Source: a virus
Strand: one strand, 5' to 3'
Length of the DNA stretch: 64,000 bases
IMG/VR virus record: IMGVR_UViG_3300027733_000032
Part shown: in pieces, positions 13,120 through 22,430 of the stretch
Layout: every line of letters begins with the position of its first letter
Numbering within the stretch: the first letter of the stretch is position 1
Notes under the pieces: generated by a model
What the model saw: only the letters and a program-made list of their open reading frames with translations
The model's database searches: none
Told to the model about the DNA's origin: nothing
Program-made: the position numbers and the translations under genes

Positions 13120-14793
13120 TTAGCCTGTCACTACGATTGTGTAGTCACCGAGGGCAATTGTTCCTAGGAGTGTAACACTAACAACGTCTGCGCTGGTACG
13201 GACAATGTCGCCAATAACTGTTGCGCCACTAGATACTTCGTAAATCTGAACAATGACATCTGTTGTGCCAAAAAGATGGCTAACTGTTGTCGTTGAGGTG
13301 CCAGAGATGCTGGCGGCGCAACCTTGCTTAGCAATGCGAGCAAGAGCGGGGGTAGAAGTCGTTGCTGTGCCAGCAGAAGTTGCGGTACCGAGGTTAGTAC
13401 GGGCAGTTGCAGCAGTTGAGGCACCAGTACCACCATCGGCGACAGCAATGTCTGTGCCATTCCAAACACCAGTGGCGATTGTTCCAACGGTTACGATGTC
13501 GTTATCGCCGGTGTATGTTCCACCAGCAACGGCTGCCAAAGTTGAGTTATACGCCTGGACATCTGTTCCAATGACCAAGCCAAGAGTTGAGCGTTGTGCT
13601 GCGGCATCAGCGTCATCAACTAGAGCGCGACCCGCTGCTGTGAAGTCGGCGAGCGCTGCAGCGCCAGAACCAGTGAAGTAGGGGACTTTGTTAGCAGCAG
13701 AAGTCAAACCTGCGATTGCAGCAAGGTCGGCGTCATAAGCCTGAACATCTGTACCAATTGCTAAACCAAGGTTGGTGCGGGCATCTCCAGCAGTTGAAGC
13801 CCCAGTACCACCATCTGCGATTGCAACGTCCGTGCCGTTCCAGACACCTGTCGTAATTGTTCCGAGTGTGGTAATGGTATTTTGACCAACGTAGGTTGAT
13901 GCAATATCAATAGCGTCTGAAGATACGGTGATGCGACCCGCTGTTCCAACGGCGTTAATCGTAGCCCCAGTCTTAGTAAGACCATCGCCAGCAGTGATTG
14001 ACCCAGCGCCAGAGAACTGAGCCCACTCGATTGCGTCCGTACCTACGGTAATGGCTCCGTTGCTTGTTACAACAAAACCGGCGTCAGCGTTGACAGTACC
14101 TTCTTCAACGAATGTGAAGGCACCACCAGATACTTCACCCGTGCCATCAAAGTCTGTTGCGCGAACAGCAGCGCCCGTAGACTGAACTACGTAAATACCG
14201 TTTTCGGAAGCGGTGCTTTGGTTCTTTACAAGGACACGGTTGCCAGTAGCAAGCGTTACTCCGTCAATTGTATCGCCATTTTCTAGGCCAGAAGCGAGAA
14301 GAACGGCAACGGTAGTTGCTGCACGGACCGACTGCTTAACATCCAGGCCTGAACGAGCAGCATCAACGTAGCCCTTGGTAGCAGCATGGGCATCATCCGT
14401 AGGGGTGGCAACCTTTAAATTGCCGTTTGCATCACGTTTTGCCAACTTGGAAGCAGTGGCCGAATCGGTGGCGTCGGTAATAGTATTCCACATTGCGGCA
14501 GGTAGCAAACCAGCACTATCGGTATCGGCGACATTGAGGGTAAGAGTGACGGTGCCGTTGGACTCAGAAACTGTGAGGGCCTCGGCAATTCCTGCGCCGC
14601 CACCAGAAGTAATGCTATGTACTGTCTTTCGCCATGCGCTGTTGGCATACACCATAAGGCTGTATGTCGCAGTATTGAAGTACATCCGGCCTTCAAAGTT
14701 GCCGCTACTTGGGTTGGTGGCCAATGCCTCGAATTTTGCGTTAATCAGTTGATTCTGATTGAGGTCAATATTTGTTAGAAACTTCTGAGCCAT
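13120..14793 (-). CDS. Tail fibre/decoration protein
   Basis: ATPTDDAHAATKGYVD, VLVKNQSTASENGIYV, repeated IADGGTGASTA...ARTNLG fibre motifs. Confidence 0.75.
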   Translation of the reverse strand: MAQKFLTNIDLNQNQLINAKFEALATNPSSGNFEGRMYFNTATYSLMVYANSAWRKTVHSITSGGGAGIAEALTVSESNGTVTLTLNVADTDSAGLLPAAMWNTITDATDSATASKLAKRDANGNLKVATPTDDAHAATKGYVDAARSGLDVKQSVRAATTVAVLLASGLENGDTIDGVTLATGNRVLVKNQSTASENGIYVVQSTGAAVRATDFDGTGEVSGGAFTFVEEGTVNADAGFVVTSNGAITVGTDAIEWAQFSGAGSITAGDGLTKTGATINAVGTAGRITVSSDAIDIASTYVGQNTITTLGTITTGVWNGTDVAIADGGTGASTAGDARTNLGLAIGTDVQAYDADLAAIAGLTSAANKVPYFTGSGAAALADFTAAGRALVDDADAAAQRSTLGLVIGTDVQAYNSTLAAVAGGTYTGDNDIVTVGTIATGVWNGTDIAVADGGTGASTAATARTNLGTATSAGTATTSTPALARIAKQGCAASISGTSTTTVSHLFGTTDVIVQIYEVSSGATVIGDIVRTSADVVSVTLLGTIALGDYTIVVTG

Positions 14794-14802
14794 GGTGTTT
14801 CC

Positions 14803-15156
14803 TTAGGTTAGGTAAGCAAATCCAGAAAATGCAGCACTGAATAAGATTCGCACTTGAGTACTAGATAGATATTGTATCTCACCGTAGACGACTGTATTGC
14901 TAGAATCAACAACCATTACACTAGGATTACCCCCCAAGGCATGAGTAATGGTCCACGTAGAGGACACCGATGCCTGTGTATGTACGTGTCGCGTAGTTGG
15001 CCCTGGGACAACAGACCCCGTGGCAATAGACCCTGTGGTCACGGTGACGTTATTAACTATTGTCTGTACAGTAACTAAATTTTGGTCTTCTTGATTTACG
15101 GTGACAGTATTCGGAGTATCTTGCTGAATATTAACCGTATTAGGGATACCAGTCAT
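14803..15156 (-). CDS. Putative virion structural protein
   Basis: C-terminal HTQASVSSTWTITHALGGNPSVMVVD...FSAAFSGFAYL module common in phage tail regions. Confidence 0.55.
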   Translation of the reverse strand: MTGIPNTVNIQQDTPNTVTVNQEDQNLVTVQTIVNNVTVTTGSIATGSVVPGPTTRHVHTQASVSSTWTITHALGGNPSVMVVDSSNTVVYGEIQYLSSTQVRILFSAAFSGFAYLT

Positions 15157-15677
15157 CGGGTAACCTCAGGGAGAAGCGTGAAGGCACCTTTCAAGAGTTT
15201 TGAGACTTGGCTTGATGAATTTATTATTTCCAGGTCATATACGCCGCTTGTTTCAAGTGCTGCGGTCTGTCCTGCCGTCATATTGATGGTTAGTTGTCCA
15301 CTTGGGGAGTAGGCTGTTCCCGTTCCACTCCCCACTCCAGTGGCTACAAATGATACTCCTACCGTATTACTAGCAGCGCCAATCGCCGTAAATGAAGTAT
15401 TACCTGCAGTCAAAATGACATATCTTGTACCTACAACGAAAGAACCAGCGTTGACCGTTGCTGAAGCGGTATATACGATGCCACTATTCGCTGTCGTGAG
15501 TTCAATCATGACAGTGGCCGACTCAATCGTCCGCCGTATCTGCATTCTGCCGGTAAAACCAGTAAAGTTATACGGAAGCATTGTACTTGCGTCATTGGGG
15601 TCGGGGTATTCCACCGTAATGATACGGCTGAACGTCGAGCCCTGCTCACAAGTTATGTTGTATGTTCCTGCAAGCAT
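15153..15677 (-). CDS. Putative virion (baseplate-associated) protein with an inserted AGSFVVG module
   Basis: YNITCEQGSTF...GRMQIRR...GVYDLEI...LLKGAFTLLPEVTR, interrupted by VNAGSFVVGTRYVI...ATGVGSGTGTA. Confidence 0.55.
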   Translation of the reverse strand: MLAGTYNITCEQGSTFSRIITVEYPDPNDASTMLPYNFTGFTGRMQIRRTIESATVMIELTTANSGIVYTASATVNAGSFVVGTRYVILTAGNTSFTAIGAASNTVGVSFVATGVGSGTGTAYSPSGQLTINMTAGQTAALETSGVYDLEIINSSSQVSKLLKGAFTLLPEVTR

Positions 15678-15739
15678 GGGTTATTCTCCTCTGATGCCTA
15701 CAACATTGTAGTTGAGAGAAGTATGTGCTGGTAGGACTA

Positions 15740-15955
15740 TCAGAGGATAGAGCCAGATTCCTTGTTTGAACCGACTTTTTTGAGTCCGAGTGATGCGGCA
15801 ACGATGAGTCCGGCAGCAACAACGCCAGTCTTTAGGCTGTCTGTGTTGGTCAGACCGTCAAAGTTTGCGCCAGCATTGACCCAGGCACCCAGGTACGAGG
15901 CGAGAAAAGCGGTAACTGCACGTTCTACAGTATCTTTAATAAATTTAATTGACAT
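15740..15955 (-). CDS. Putative holin
   Basis: 71 aa; two hydrophobic segments (AVTAFLASYLGAW; GVVAAGLIVAASLGL); basic C-terminus. Confidence 0.55.
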   Translation of the reverse strand: MSIKFIKDTVERAVTAFLASYLGAWVNAGANFDGLTNTDSLKTGVVAAGLIVAASLGLKKVGSNKESGSIL

Positions 15956-15976
15956 ATTTTTCTCCTATTTGTTTGT

Positions 15977-16282
15977 TTATAGACCTTCGTTCATCCAAAG
16001 ACTAATGAGTGGTCTTTGGGCTGTGTTTAATTGAGTGGCGACATACGCTTCTGTTGCGATAGTTTTCCAGCCAGTAATATTGGCATCCTCATTAACTTGC
16101 AGATATGCGGTGGCACCGCCCGTAATCGCAGCCACCATACCTTTTCGTACAGTTCCTGACGATAGGCTTGAATTTCGCGAATTAGTGTCACTAAAAGACA
16201 TGACCGTTTGCTTCATGATGTAGTCCATGAAGTCTGCAGCGGTGAGAACATCACCGGAACTAAAAACCTTATATCCAGCCAT
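15977..16282 (-). CDS. Putative virion protein
   Basis: MAGYKVFSSGDVLTAADFMDYIMKQTVMSF motif typical of actinophage minor tail proteins. Confidence 0.55.
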   Translation of the reverse strand: MAGYKVFSSGDVLTAADFMDYIMKQTVMSFSDTNSRNSSLSSGTVRKGMVAAITGGATAYLQVNEDANITGWKTIATEAYVATQLNTAQRPLISLWMNEGL

Positions 16283-16284
16283 TA

Positions 16285-19200
16285 TTACCCCAATCGAGAT
16301 GTATCAATAATACCAGCAGTGCCGCTATCAAATGTGAATTTACTAAAGTCCAGAACTACTTGACTAGTATAGTTTATTCCCATTGGACGAGTTTGCTCAA
16401 CTGCAGCCAATACTAGGGGCGAAGAAGAGGCGTAAGCGTAGCCAGTTGTGGTTGAACCAGTCAATGCACTGGCGATAACAAAATGCGTTGCCGTAGCGGC
16501 GACTATTGTCGCGTCATTGACGTTAAAAGTACCGACGGTACCTACAAAACTTACTTTATCTCCAGCAGAAAATGTATTTACAGCAGTATATCTAACATAT
16601 CCAGGAATTGCCGAACCGTTAATATCTGCTCCGTCATCAACAGCGGTCACTTTAATAAGCGGTTTTGCCGTACCTGTAATCCCAGACGTGCTGGTGGTTG
16701 CTGCAGTACTTACTTCAAATGACGGAATCAATGTTTTTGCAATTCCTCCCGATGAATAAGCCCCACCCGTAGAACCATTAAACAGTGAAAAAAAGAATTG
16801 TGTTGAACTATTTACATTTACGGTTGCCGTTCTATTAAACGAATTTGGCGTTATCCCAGTTACCGCAACCGTATCGCCGTCATTGAAATAATGAGGTGAT
16901 GACGTGTTGTAGGCAGTTGTACCATAGAATGAAGAATAAGAAGCACTGGATATGGCGATATTAGTTCCCTTGGTTGCGCTAACCGTCGCACCAGAAATAC
17001 TCCAGTCGCTACTTGATGTTCCTACACTATCAACACAGCCTACGTAGACAATGTCTCCAGGAATATAAGAATGAATCGCTTCTGTTGCGTATTGGCGACT
17101 TCCGTCAAAGTACACACCAGCAGTTGATGATTGCTCCAATAAAGCAGCATCCACATATATCTTTGGCACGTATGTAGAAGTTGAGGCGTGTGCCGTCCCC
17201 GTCCAAGCAGCCTCTGTCGCAGAAGTGGAGCCATCAAAGTAAGTGTTCAGCGTTGATGATTCTTCAACGAGAACAGCATCTAGATAGTTAATCGTGGAAG
17301 TCGTGCCGCCGCCCTCGATTGAGTCTTGATAAATACGAAATTCAAAAGTTGCGGCAGTAGCAGGACATACTCTTGTTTGGCTGAATCTTTGCCAAGATGT
17401 ATTTGGGTTGTTGGATTGGTGAATGTCATCCAGGACGAGCGTTCCAGCAGAGTTGTACCACATAAAGTTACAAACAACCGAGCCAGTGTCCACGGACTGT
17501 TTCAAGTAAAAACTTCCTGTATATGAAGACCCAACGTTACAGACAATTCTTGTCGCTTGTGTTGCAAGTACTGCGGTAGAACTTGTGTAACTCATAGAGA
17601 GAGACGCTATGCCCTTAAAAGAATGAGCGGTAGTTCTAGAGTAAGTACCTGTAATTGCCCAGCCTGTTGTGTCTACCCCAAATGACGGATTGGGTACCAA
17701 GTTCACACGAGGTGGCAATGTGGACGTTGAGTTGTTTGCCGTACCTGTCCATGTTGCACCGGGTCTTGTTCCGTCAAAGTAACTCTGCACTGTTGCCGAC
17801 TGCTCTAGTAATACGCTGTCTATCTGATGAGCGTCACTGATAGCACCTGTGCCTGTTGATGTCAAAATAAGCAGAACATTGGTAGTGCTGGCAGGGACTG
17901 TGCCTGTTGCTGATAGGCGAGTAGATGTTGCACAAGTAGAAGAAGTACCCGACACAACAGATATGAGAGTACCGCCGTTGTAGAATTGTATATCCCATCT
18001 GTACGAGCGTGAGCCAACTGTACGCAAACAATAAGCAGAGACAGTCAGGGTTGAACCCTCTGTCGGTGTCGCATAAGTAAAGTACGGACCGTATGACGCT
18101 GTGCTTGATGCTACCGAAGTAGCAGAATACGAACCAGTGCCACCTGTAATTGTTCCTGCTGTTGCTGTAAAACTTGAAACAAACGGAGACCAACTTGTCG
18201 TATTGTTAGACTCGAACGAAGGGTTTAAGCATAAGTTCGTGCGGATGAGAAGAGCCTCCATTGAGCCCGACAGACGAGCAACAAGGAGTATGGTGCCCGT
18301 GGCAGTCACGTTCTTGGTAGTAGAGAGACGCACCCACGAACCAGCAACGAGAGTGGCATTACTCTGCGAAACTGCCGAAACTGTTGCAGTACCACCTTCT
18401 TGGTCTACGCTGACAGTTCTACCTGCAAGAATTGAGTCTGCTGGAATATAAACATACATCGAGAAAGTATGAAGACCTGTTGTCAAAACTGTTGGCGATA
18501 CATAGGCAATATTACTGTCAGTTGTTGAACCGAAAGTAATTTTATAAGAGGCCGTGCCCCTTAAATCAAAGTCCGTAGACCGAACAGCAGGTGACTGTGC
18601 GGAATTCCACCCTGTTGTATCAGTTTCAAACGATGGGTTCGTTATTAGATTATAACGAACGCTGGTGATGTTGACGGCATCGCCAGAAATACCAAGCGTT
18701 TCTGTAAAAAGTGTTTGTATTTTTACGTTAAATGAACCTTGATTGGAAAAGGCAACAAATTTATTGCCAGTTAAGTAGCGCGATACGGTTTCTCTAACTG
18801 CTTCAAGGGAACCCGCCTTGGTACCAAAGTATCTATTCTCTAGTTGCCACTGATGGAAGTCGTATTGAGAGTCTTCCCATGTTGTGATTGCCCCATCGGA
18901 AAAATCGCGAGCATAGATGTTGTCAATCAACGTGCGTCCAGTAAATTGTCCAAGCCAACGCCTATTTACTGCAGTAACTGATTGCCTATCAACAAGTTCG
19001 CTGTATATAAATTTTTCCGTACCATCTGCGTAGGCTGGTATTTCTGAAAGGTCGTATTTAAAAAGTTGTGTGTATAATTCAGAAATATTATTTACGTTTG
19101 TCATTAATGCACTTATTAATTTTGCCAATGGATAACTCGGAGTCGACGTTGAATCTATATCTTTATATACCTGAGGAATGACGGTATTTGATGCACGCAC

Positions 19201-20019
19201 TGACCACTCGCGCTGAAAAGCAAGTTCATCAATAAGTACTGGAAATGCAAAGTAAATTTCGCTGCCGATTGAGTGCCCACTAATTGTGTATGTAATATCG
19301 CACGAGACATCTTCTCCACTATATTTTAAAAATGGACTAGAACCCGTATCTGTTTCTGGAATTATATAGGCATATCCGTCACTGAGTGTTGATGAGTAGT
19401 TTCCAGTTGCCGTGCTTGCAACAGTAAACGTATTGGACGTTGCGCTGGTTACAGTAACCCCGTTAAGTTCGTAAGTATTTGGACTAATGCCATGTGTTCG
19501 TATGACATCCCCAATGGAAAATGTATTGAATCCTGTAAATGTCACCGTAGAGCCAGTTCCAACCGCATTTGTTATTTGGGCGGTCTTGCCACGCTTCAAT
19601 AAAATTGAGCCAGTTCGTACTGCGTTAAATCTATCGACAACCGTGGACGTGCTTGCCGATGAAAATTTCATACTACCACTAACTGGTGATGTTATTTTTA
19701 ATTCTCCGGATACTTCGAGTTCAACGTTCGAACTTACAAGGCCATGCGAGAGGTATGAAATTTCACTTAGCGGCCTATCATTTGTACCAGGTATGGATTG
19801 GTTAAGTAATCGCAATAAAATAACATTAGTGTTTGTTGGCGTTATTTTTATTGTATAAAAACTTGGCAATATATATGGGGTAGATACAATGCTTATTGAC
19901 GCATTAGTTGAGGTCCAGTCGACTAAGGGACCATATGTCTCCAGTTCCCTATCCGCTCCATTGGCATCAGCAATTGATAATGCGTTGTTATATGAAAGTA
20001 AATTTACTGTTTCCGACAT
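16285..20019 (-). CDS. Baseplate wedge/tail protein (gpI-like) carrying CBM-like and FCCH-like inserts
   Basis: Follows baseplate J; RWLGQFTG...KAGSLEAVRE...RPMG core; three NLxxNPSFE...W carbohydrate-binding-like repeats. Confidence 0.65.
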   Translation of the reverse strand: MSETVNLLSYNNALSIADANGADRELETYGPLVDWTSTNASISIVSTPYILPSFYTIKITPTNTNVILLRLLNQSIPGTNDRPLSEISYLSHGLVSSNVELEVSGELKITSPVSGSMKFSSASTSTVVDRFNAVRTGSILLKRGKTAQITNAVGTGSTVTFTGFNTFSIGDVIRTHGISPNTYELNGVTVTSATSNTFTVASTATGNYSSTLSDGYAYIIPETDTGSSPFLKYSGEDVSCDITYTISGHSIGSEIYFAFPVLIDELAFQREWSVRASNTVIPQVYKDIDSTSTPSYPLAKLISALMTNVNNISELYTQLFKYDLSEIPAYADGTEKFIYSELVDRQSVTAVNRRWLGQFTGRTLIDNIYARDFSDGAITTWEDSQYDFHQWQLENRYFGTKAGSLEAVRETVSRYLTGNKFVAFSNQGSFNVKIQTLFTETLGISGDAVNITSVRYNLITNPSFETDTTGWNSAQSPAVRSTDFDLRGTASYKITFGSTTDSNIAYVSPTVLTTGLHTFSMYVYIPADSILAGRTVSVDQEGGTATVSAVSQSNATLVAGSWVRLSTTKNVTATGTILLVARLSGSMEALLIRTNLCLNPSFESNNTTSWSPFVSSFTATAGTITGGTGSYSATSVASSTASYGPYFTYATPTEGSTLTVSAYCLRTVGSRSYRWDIQFYNGGTLISVVSGTSSTCATSTRLSATGTVPASTTNVLLILTSTGTGAISDAHQIDSVLLEQSATVQSYFDGTRPGATWTGTANNSTSTLPPRVNLVPNPSFGVDTTGWAITGTYSRTTAHSFKGIASLSMSYTSSTAVLATQATRIVCNVGSSYTGSFYLKQSVDTGSVVCNFMWYNSAGTLVLDDIHQSNNPNTSWQRFSQTRVCPATAATFEFRIYQDSIEGGGTTSTINYLDAVLVEESSTLNTYFDGSTSATEAAWTGTAHASTSTYVPKIYVDAALLEQSSTAGVYFDGSRQYATEAIHSYIPGDIVYVGCVDSVGTSSSDWSISGATVSATKGTNIAISSASYSSFYGTTAYNTSSPHYFNDGDTVAVTGITPNSFNRTATVNVNSSTQFFFSLFNGSTGGAYSSGGIAKTLIPSFEVSTAATTSTSGITGTAKPLIKVTAVDDGADINGSAIPGYVRYTAVNTFSAGDKVSFVGTVGTFNVNDATIVAATATHFVIASALTGSTTTGYAYASSSPLVLAAVEQTRPMGINYTSQVVLDFSKFTFDSGTAGIIDTSRLG

Positions 20020-20020
20020 T

Positions 20021-21709
20021 CTAAATTGCCTCTAACGAGTACGTAACACTAACCCCGGAAGAAGGTATATTAGGCAAGAAGCCTCTGTTCTTAAAAACAA
20101 GAGAAGTTGTGCTTGTGGAGTTCATCCCATCAAAGTGGAGATATGCGCTACCAGTCTTTGAAGTAGTCGTAGCAATGCAAGGATTTGCTATAACGAAATG
20201 AGTTGCGTTTGCTGCAATGATAGTTGAATTTGTAAAATCATAATATGCGGTTCCGGTTGTGGTTGAGCCAGTTGCTGTTGATGAAATTGTGAAATACGAA
20301 CTGCTCGCGTTTGTGACTACGGCGCGGGTGAAGTCAAATCCCGTTCCACCACAATCAATTGTGACAATATCGCCAACGGTTAGTGAGTTGGTGGTGGTGG
20401 CAAAACGCAATGTCCCTGCGGTAGTAGTCCCACCTAGGTTCGTATTCGGTGCCACGGCAGTAATGGTGATTGTATTAATGTTCGTCGTTATATCAACTTC
20501 TTGGCCAGCAACAAAACTATTAGACGCTGTAAATCGAACGTATCCTGTTACGGCAGTATCAGTCAAAGATTTGCCAGTTTGAATTTCTGTAACAGACACG
20601 GCTGCGGGTGGGGTTAGGGTTACAGAATTAACGTAGAGAACTTCTGGCATCTCGGAAATAATAGAGGCAATACCATTTGTCCGTATCTGTGGACTACTGA
20701 CACTCAATTCACTCTGCGGCCATGAACCAACGCTGTAGTAAGCAGCAATTAGTATTTTTATTTCATCAACAACGTCACTTGCGGTATATTTTGCATTCAA
20801 AACTGCATTTACGGCAACCGTTGGTGATGACAGTATGAAATTAGAAACGGTTATTGTTATGCCAGCAATACACCTATCCGCTGCCCATGTTTGGATTTCT
20901 GATAGTTCTGAGTTTGTTAGCGCCGCTCCATTGCCATATACGTAAATAGCAATATATCCAGGTACGGCCACCGCCGCCGTTGATGTTGATGATAAGGAGT
21001 TTGTGACATCGTAAACTTTGCAACGCTGAACATTGATAAAACTTGTCAAAATGGCGGACTGCAATTGTTTTGCTGTTGAAAAAGTTTGGGTGAGGCTTTC
21101 TAGGTAAGTCAAGGCAGCATCAAGAAATTCTCCATCACCCATTGGGTTGACGCCGTTAACAAACGAGGTAACAGTGACGGAATTTATGTCAGTGTCAATG
21201 CTCAATGGAAGTAATATATCCCCGGCGGCAAGTACTGGGATTTGTCCAGCAAAAGTGCATTTAACGGAGATATTAGCAGATGGGCTAGTAGGCGATGTTG
21301 TTGATGCTATTGCAGTATCTTCAATCGCCTCAAATACATAATCTTCATATGTGGAGGTTCCAGGCAAGATATATCTATAGCGAAACTGAGTCCCTGCAGG
21401 TATTGTCATTCCATCATATCCATAAAGCGTTACCGCAAGAATTGCCGTGGACTTAGAACCCGCATTTCTCTCATATCCCGCCATAGATACGAGGCCCTCC
21501 ATGAGTCGACTTGGGAGCCTGTTGACGGAGTTGGCGATAATTGTAGAGGTATACGAAAAAGCCTGAAACAATACATCCTCTACAGTCCCTTGGCGCAGCA
21601 CGAATTCCGGAAGTAATAGACGGGCCGAATTGACCGATGCTCGGTAAAGGGCAGTAGGCTCAGAATCGTAAACTGTTAAATCTATATAGCGTGAAAAATC
21701 GGCGGACAT
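20021..21709 (-). CDS. Baseplate J-like protein
   Basis: N-terminal FVLRQGTVEDVLFQAFSY..NRLP; AGTQF; C-terminal VLYVNSVTL; position next to gp25-like gene. Confidence 0.75.
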   Translation of the reverse strand: MSADFSRYIDLTVYDSEPTALYRASVNSARLLLPEFVLRQGTVEDVLFQAFSYTSTIIANSVNRLPSRLMEGLVSMAGYERNAGSKSTAILAVTLYGYDGMTIPAGTQFRYRYILPGTSTYEDYVFEAIEDTAIASTTSPTSPSANISVKCTFAGQIPVLAAGDILLPLSIDTDINSVTVTSFVNGVNPMGDGEFLDAALTYLESLTQTFSTAKQLQSAILTSFINVQRCKVYDVTNSLSSTSTAAVAVPGYIAIYVYGNGAALTNSELSEIQTWAADRCIAGITITVSNFILSSPTVAVNAVLNAKYTASDVVDEIKILIAAYYSVGSWPQSELSVSSPQIRTNGIASIISEMPEVLYVNSVTLTPPAAVSVTEIQTGKSLTDTAVTGYVRFTASNSFVAGQEVDITTNINTITITAVAPNTNLGGTTTAGTLRFATTTNSLTVGDIVTIDCGGTGFDFTRAVVTNASSSYFTISSTATGSTTTGTAYYDFTNSTIIAANATHFVIANPCIATTTSKTGSAYLHFDGMNSTSTTSLVFKNRGFLPNIPSSGVSVTYSLEAI

Positions 21710-22005
21710 TAATATCTCCTGGAATACGTAAAAGCGACATCTCTCTCGCCCTGATTGGATTCATTTGTCTCTATGGACAGGAGGCGTATTTCCGGAACGT
21801 ACCGAGAGGCCTGAATCATGAACTGACCCTTGTCAATACTGTTAAAGGTGGGGTCAAAAACGCCAAATTGTGGGGTAATGGGCAGTACTCTGGGCTCAGT
21901 TCGTGCCGTGATACTCAATAACTGCTTATAGTATTCATCTGAGTCATCGGCAAGTTTCCTGAAACCAGTATTATCGTACTCAATAGGAAGTTTAATTGTG
22001 TCCAT
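21709..22005 (-). CDS. Baseplate wedge gp25/GPW-like protein
   Basis: LLSITARTEPRVLPITPQFGV.DP.F; 98 aa; position between spike and J. Confidence 0.7.
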   Translation of the reverse strand: MDTIKLPIEYDNTGFRKLADDSDEYYKQLLSITARTEPRVLPITPQFGVFDPTFNSIDKGQFMIQASRYVPEIRLLSIETNESNQGERDVAFTYSRRY

Positions 22006-22055
22006 GCGCGCTCCTAGTCCACATTAATCTTACACTGCAAGCACCATCGTGGGGC

Positions 22056-22205
22056 TTATTCGGCGTTTAGCGTTGTGCTTTTCTCTGATATTTCACGCAT
22101 TGTGCCGATTGTTGCCTCAAGGACAGCAATTCGCTGCGCTTGTGCTGCAATCTGGTTTGTCAAAGATTCAATAATCTTATTGACATCAATCTGTACGTCA
22201 CTCAT
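22056..22205 (-). CDS. Small coiled-coil protein (49 aa, MSDVQIDVNKIIESLTNQIAAQAQRIAVLE...)
   Basis: Manual translation; heptad pattern; SD GGAG upstream. Confidence 0.6.
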   Translation of the reverse strand: MSDVQIDVNKIIESLTNQIAAQAQRIAVLEATIGTMREISEKSTTLNAE

Positions 22206-22430
22206 TTATTCTCCAATTTCTGTGCTTATTAAATTGACTAGTTCGTCAATCGATATGGATGTTAGCAAAGTTTCATCAGGGATGTCTATGCCAAACCTTA
22301 ATTCAAGTTTTAAGACAATCTCCGCTACGTCCAGTTCTGAGCATTGAAGTGGCTCCGAATATTCCCCAACTTCGGGGATAACCGTCAGTGCGCACTCTGC
22401 TACTGCCGTGGTCAATTCTCCTAGCGTCAT
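22206..22430 (-). CDS. Acyl-carrier-protein-like protein lacking the phosphopantetheine serine
   Basis: LQCSELDVAEIVLKLELRFGIDIPDE aligns without gaps to ACP [26 protein letters not shown]; acidic, 74 aa. Confidence 0.7.
   Translation of the reverse strand: MTLGELTTAVAECALTVIPEVGEYSEPLQCSELDVAEIVLKLELRFGIDIPDETLLTSISIDELVNLISTEIGE

Noticed and set aside
15740-16282. Complete lysis cassette
   Set aside because: Only a holin-like gene is supportable; no endolysin motif was recognised in the window.
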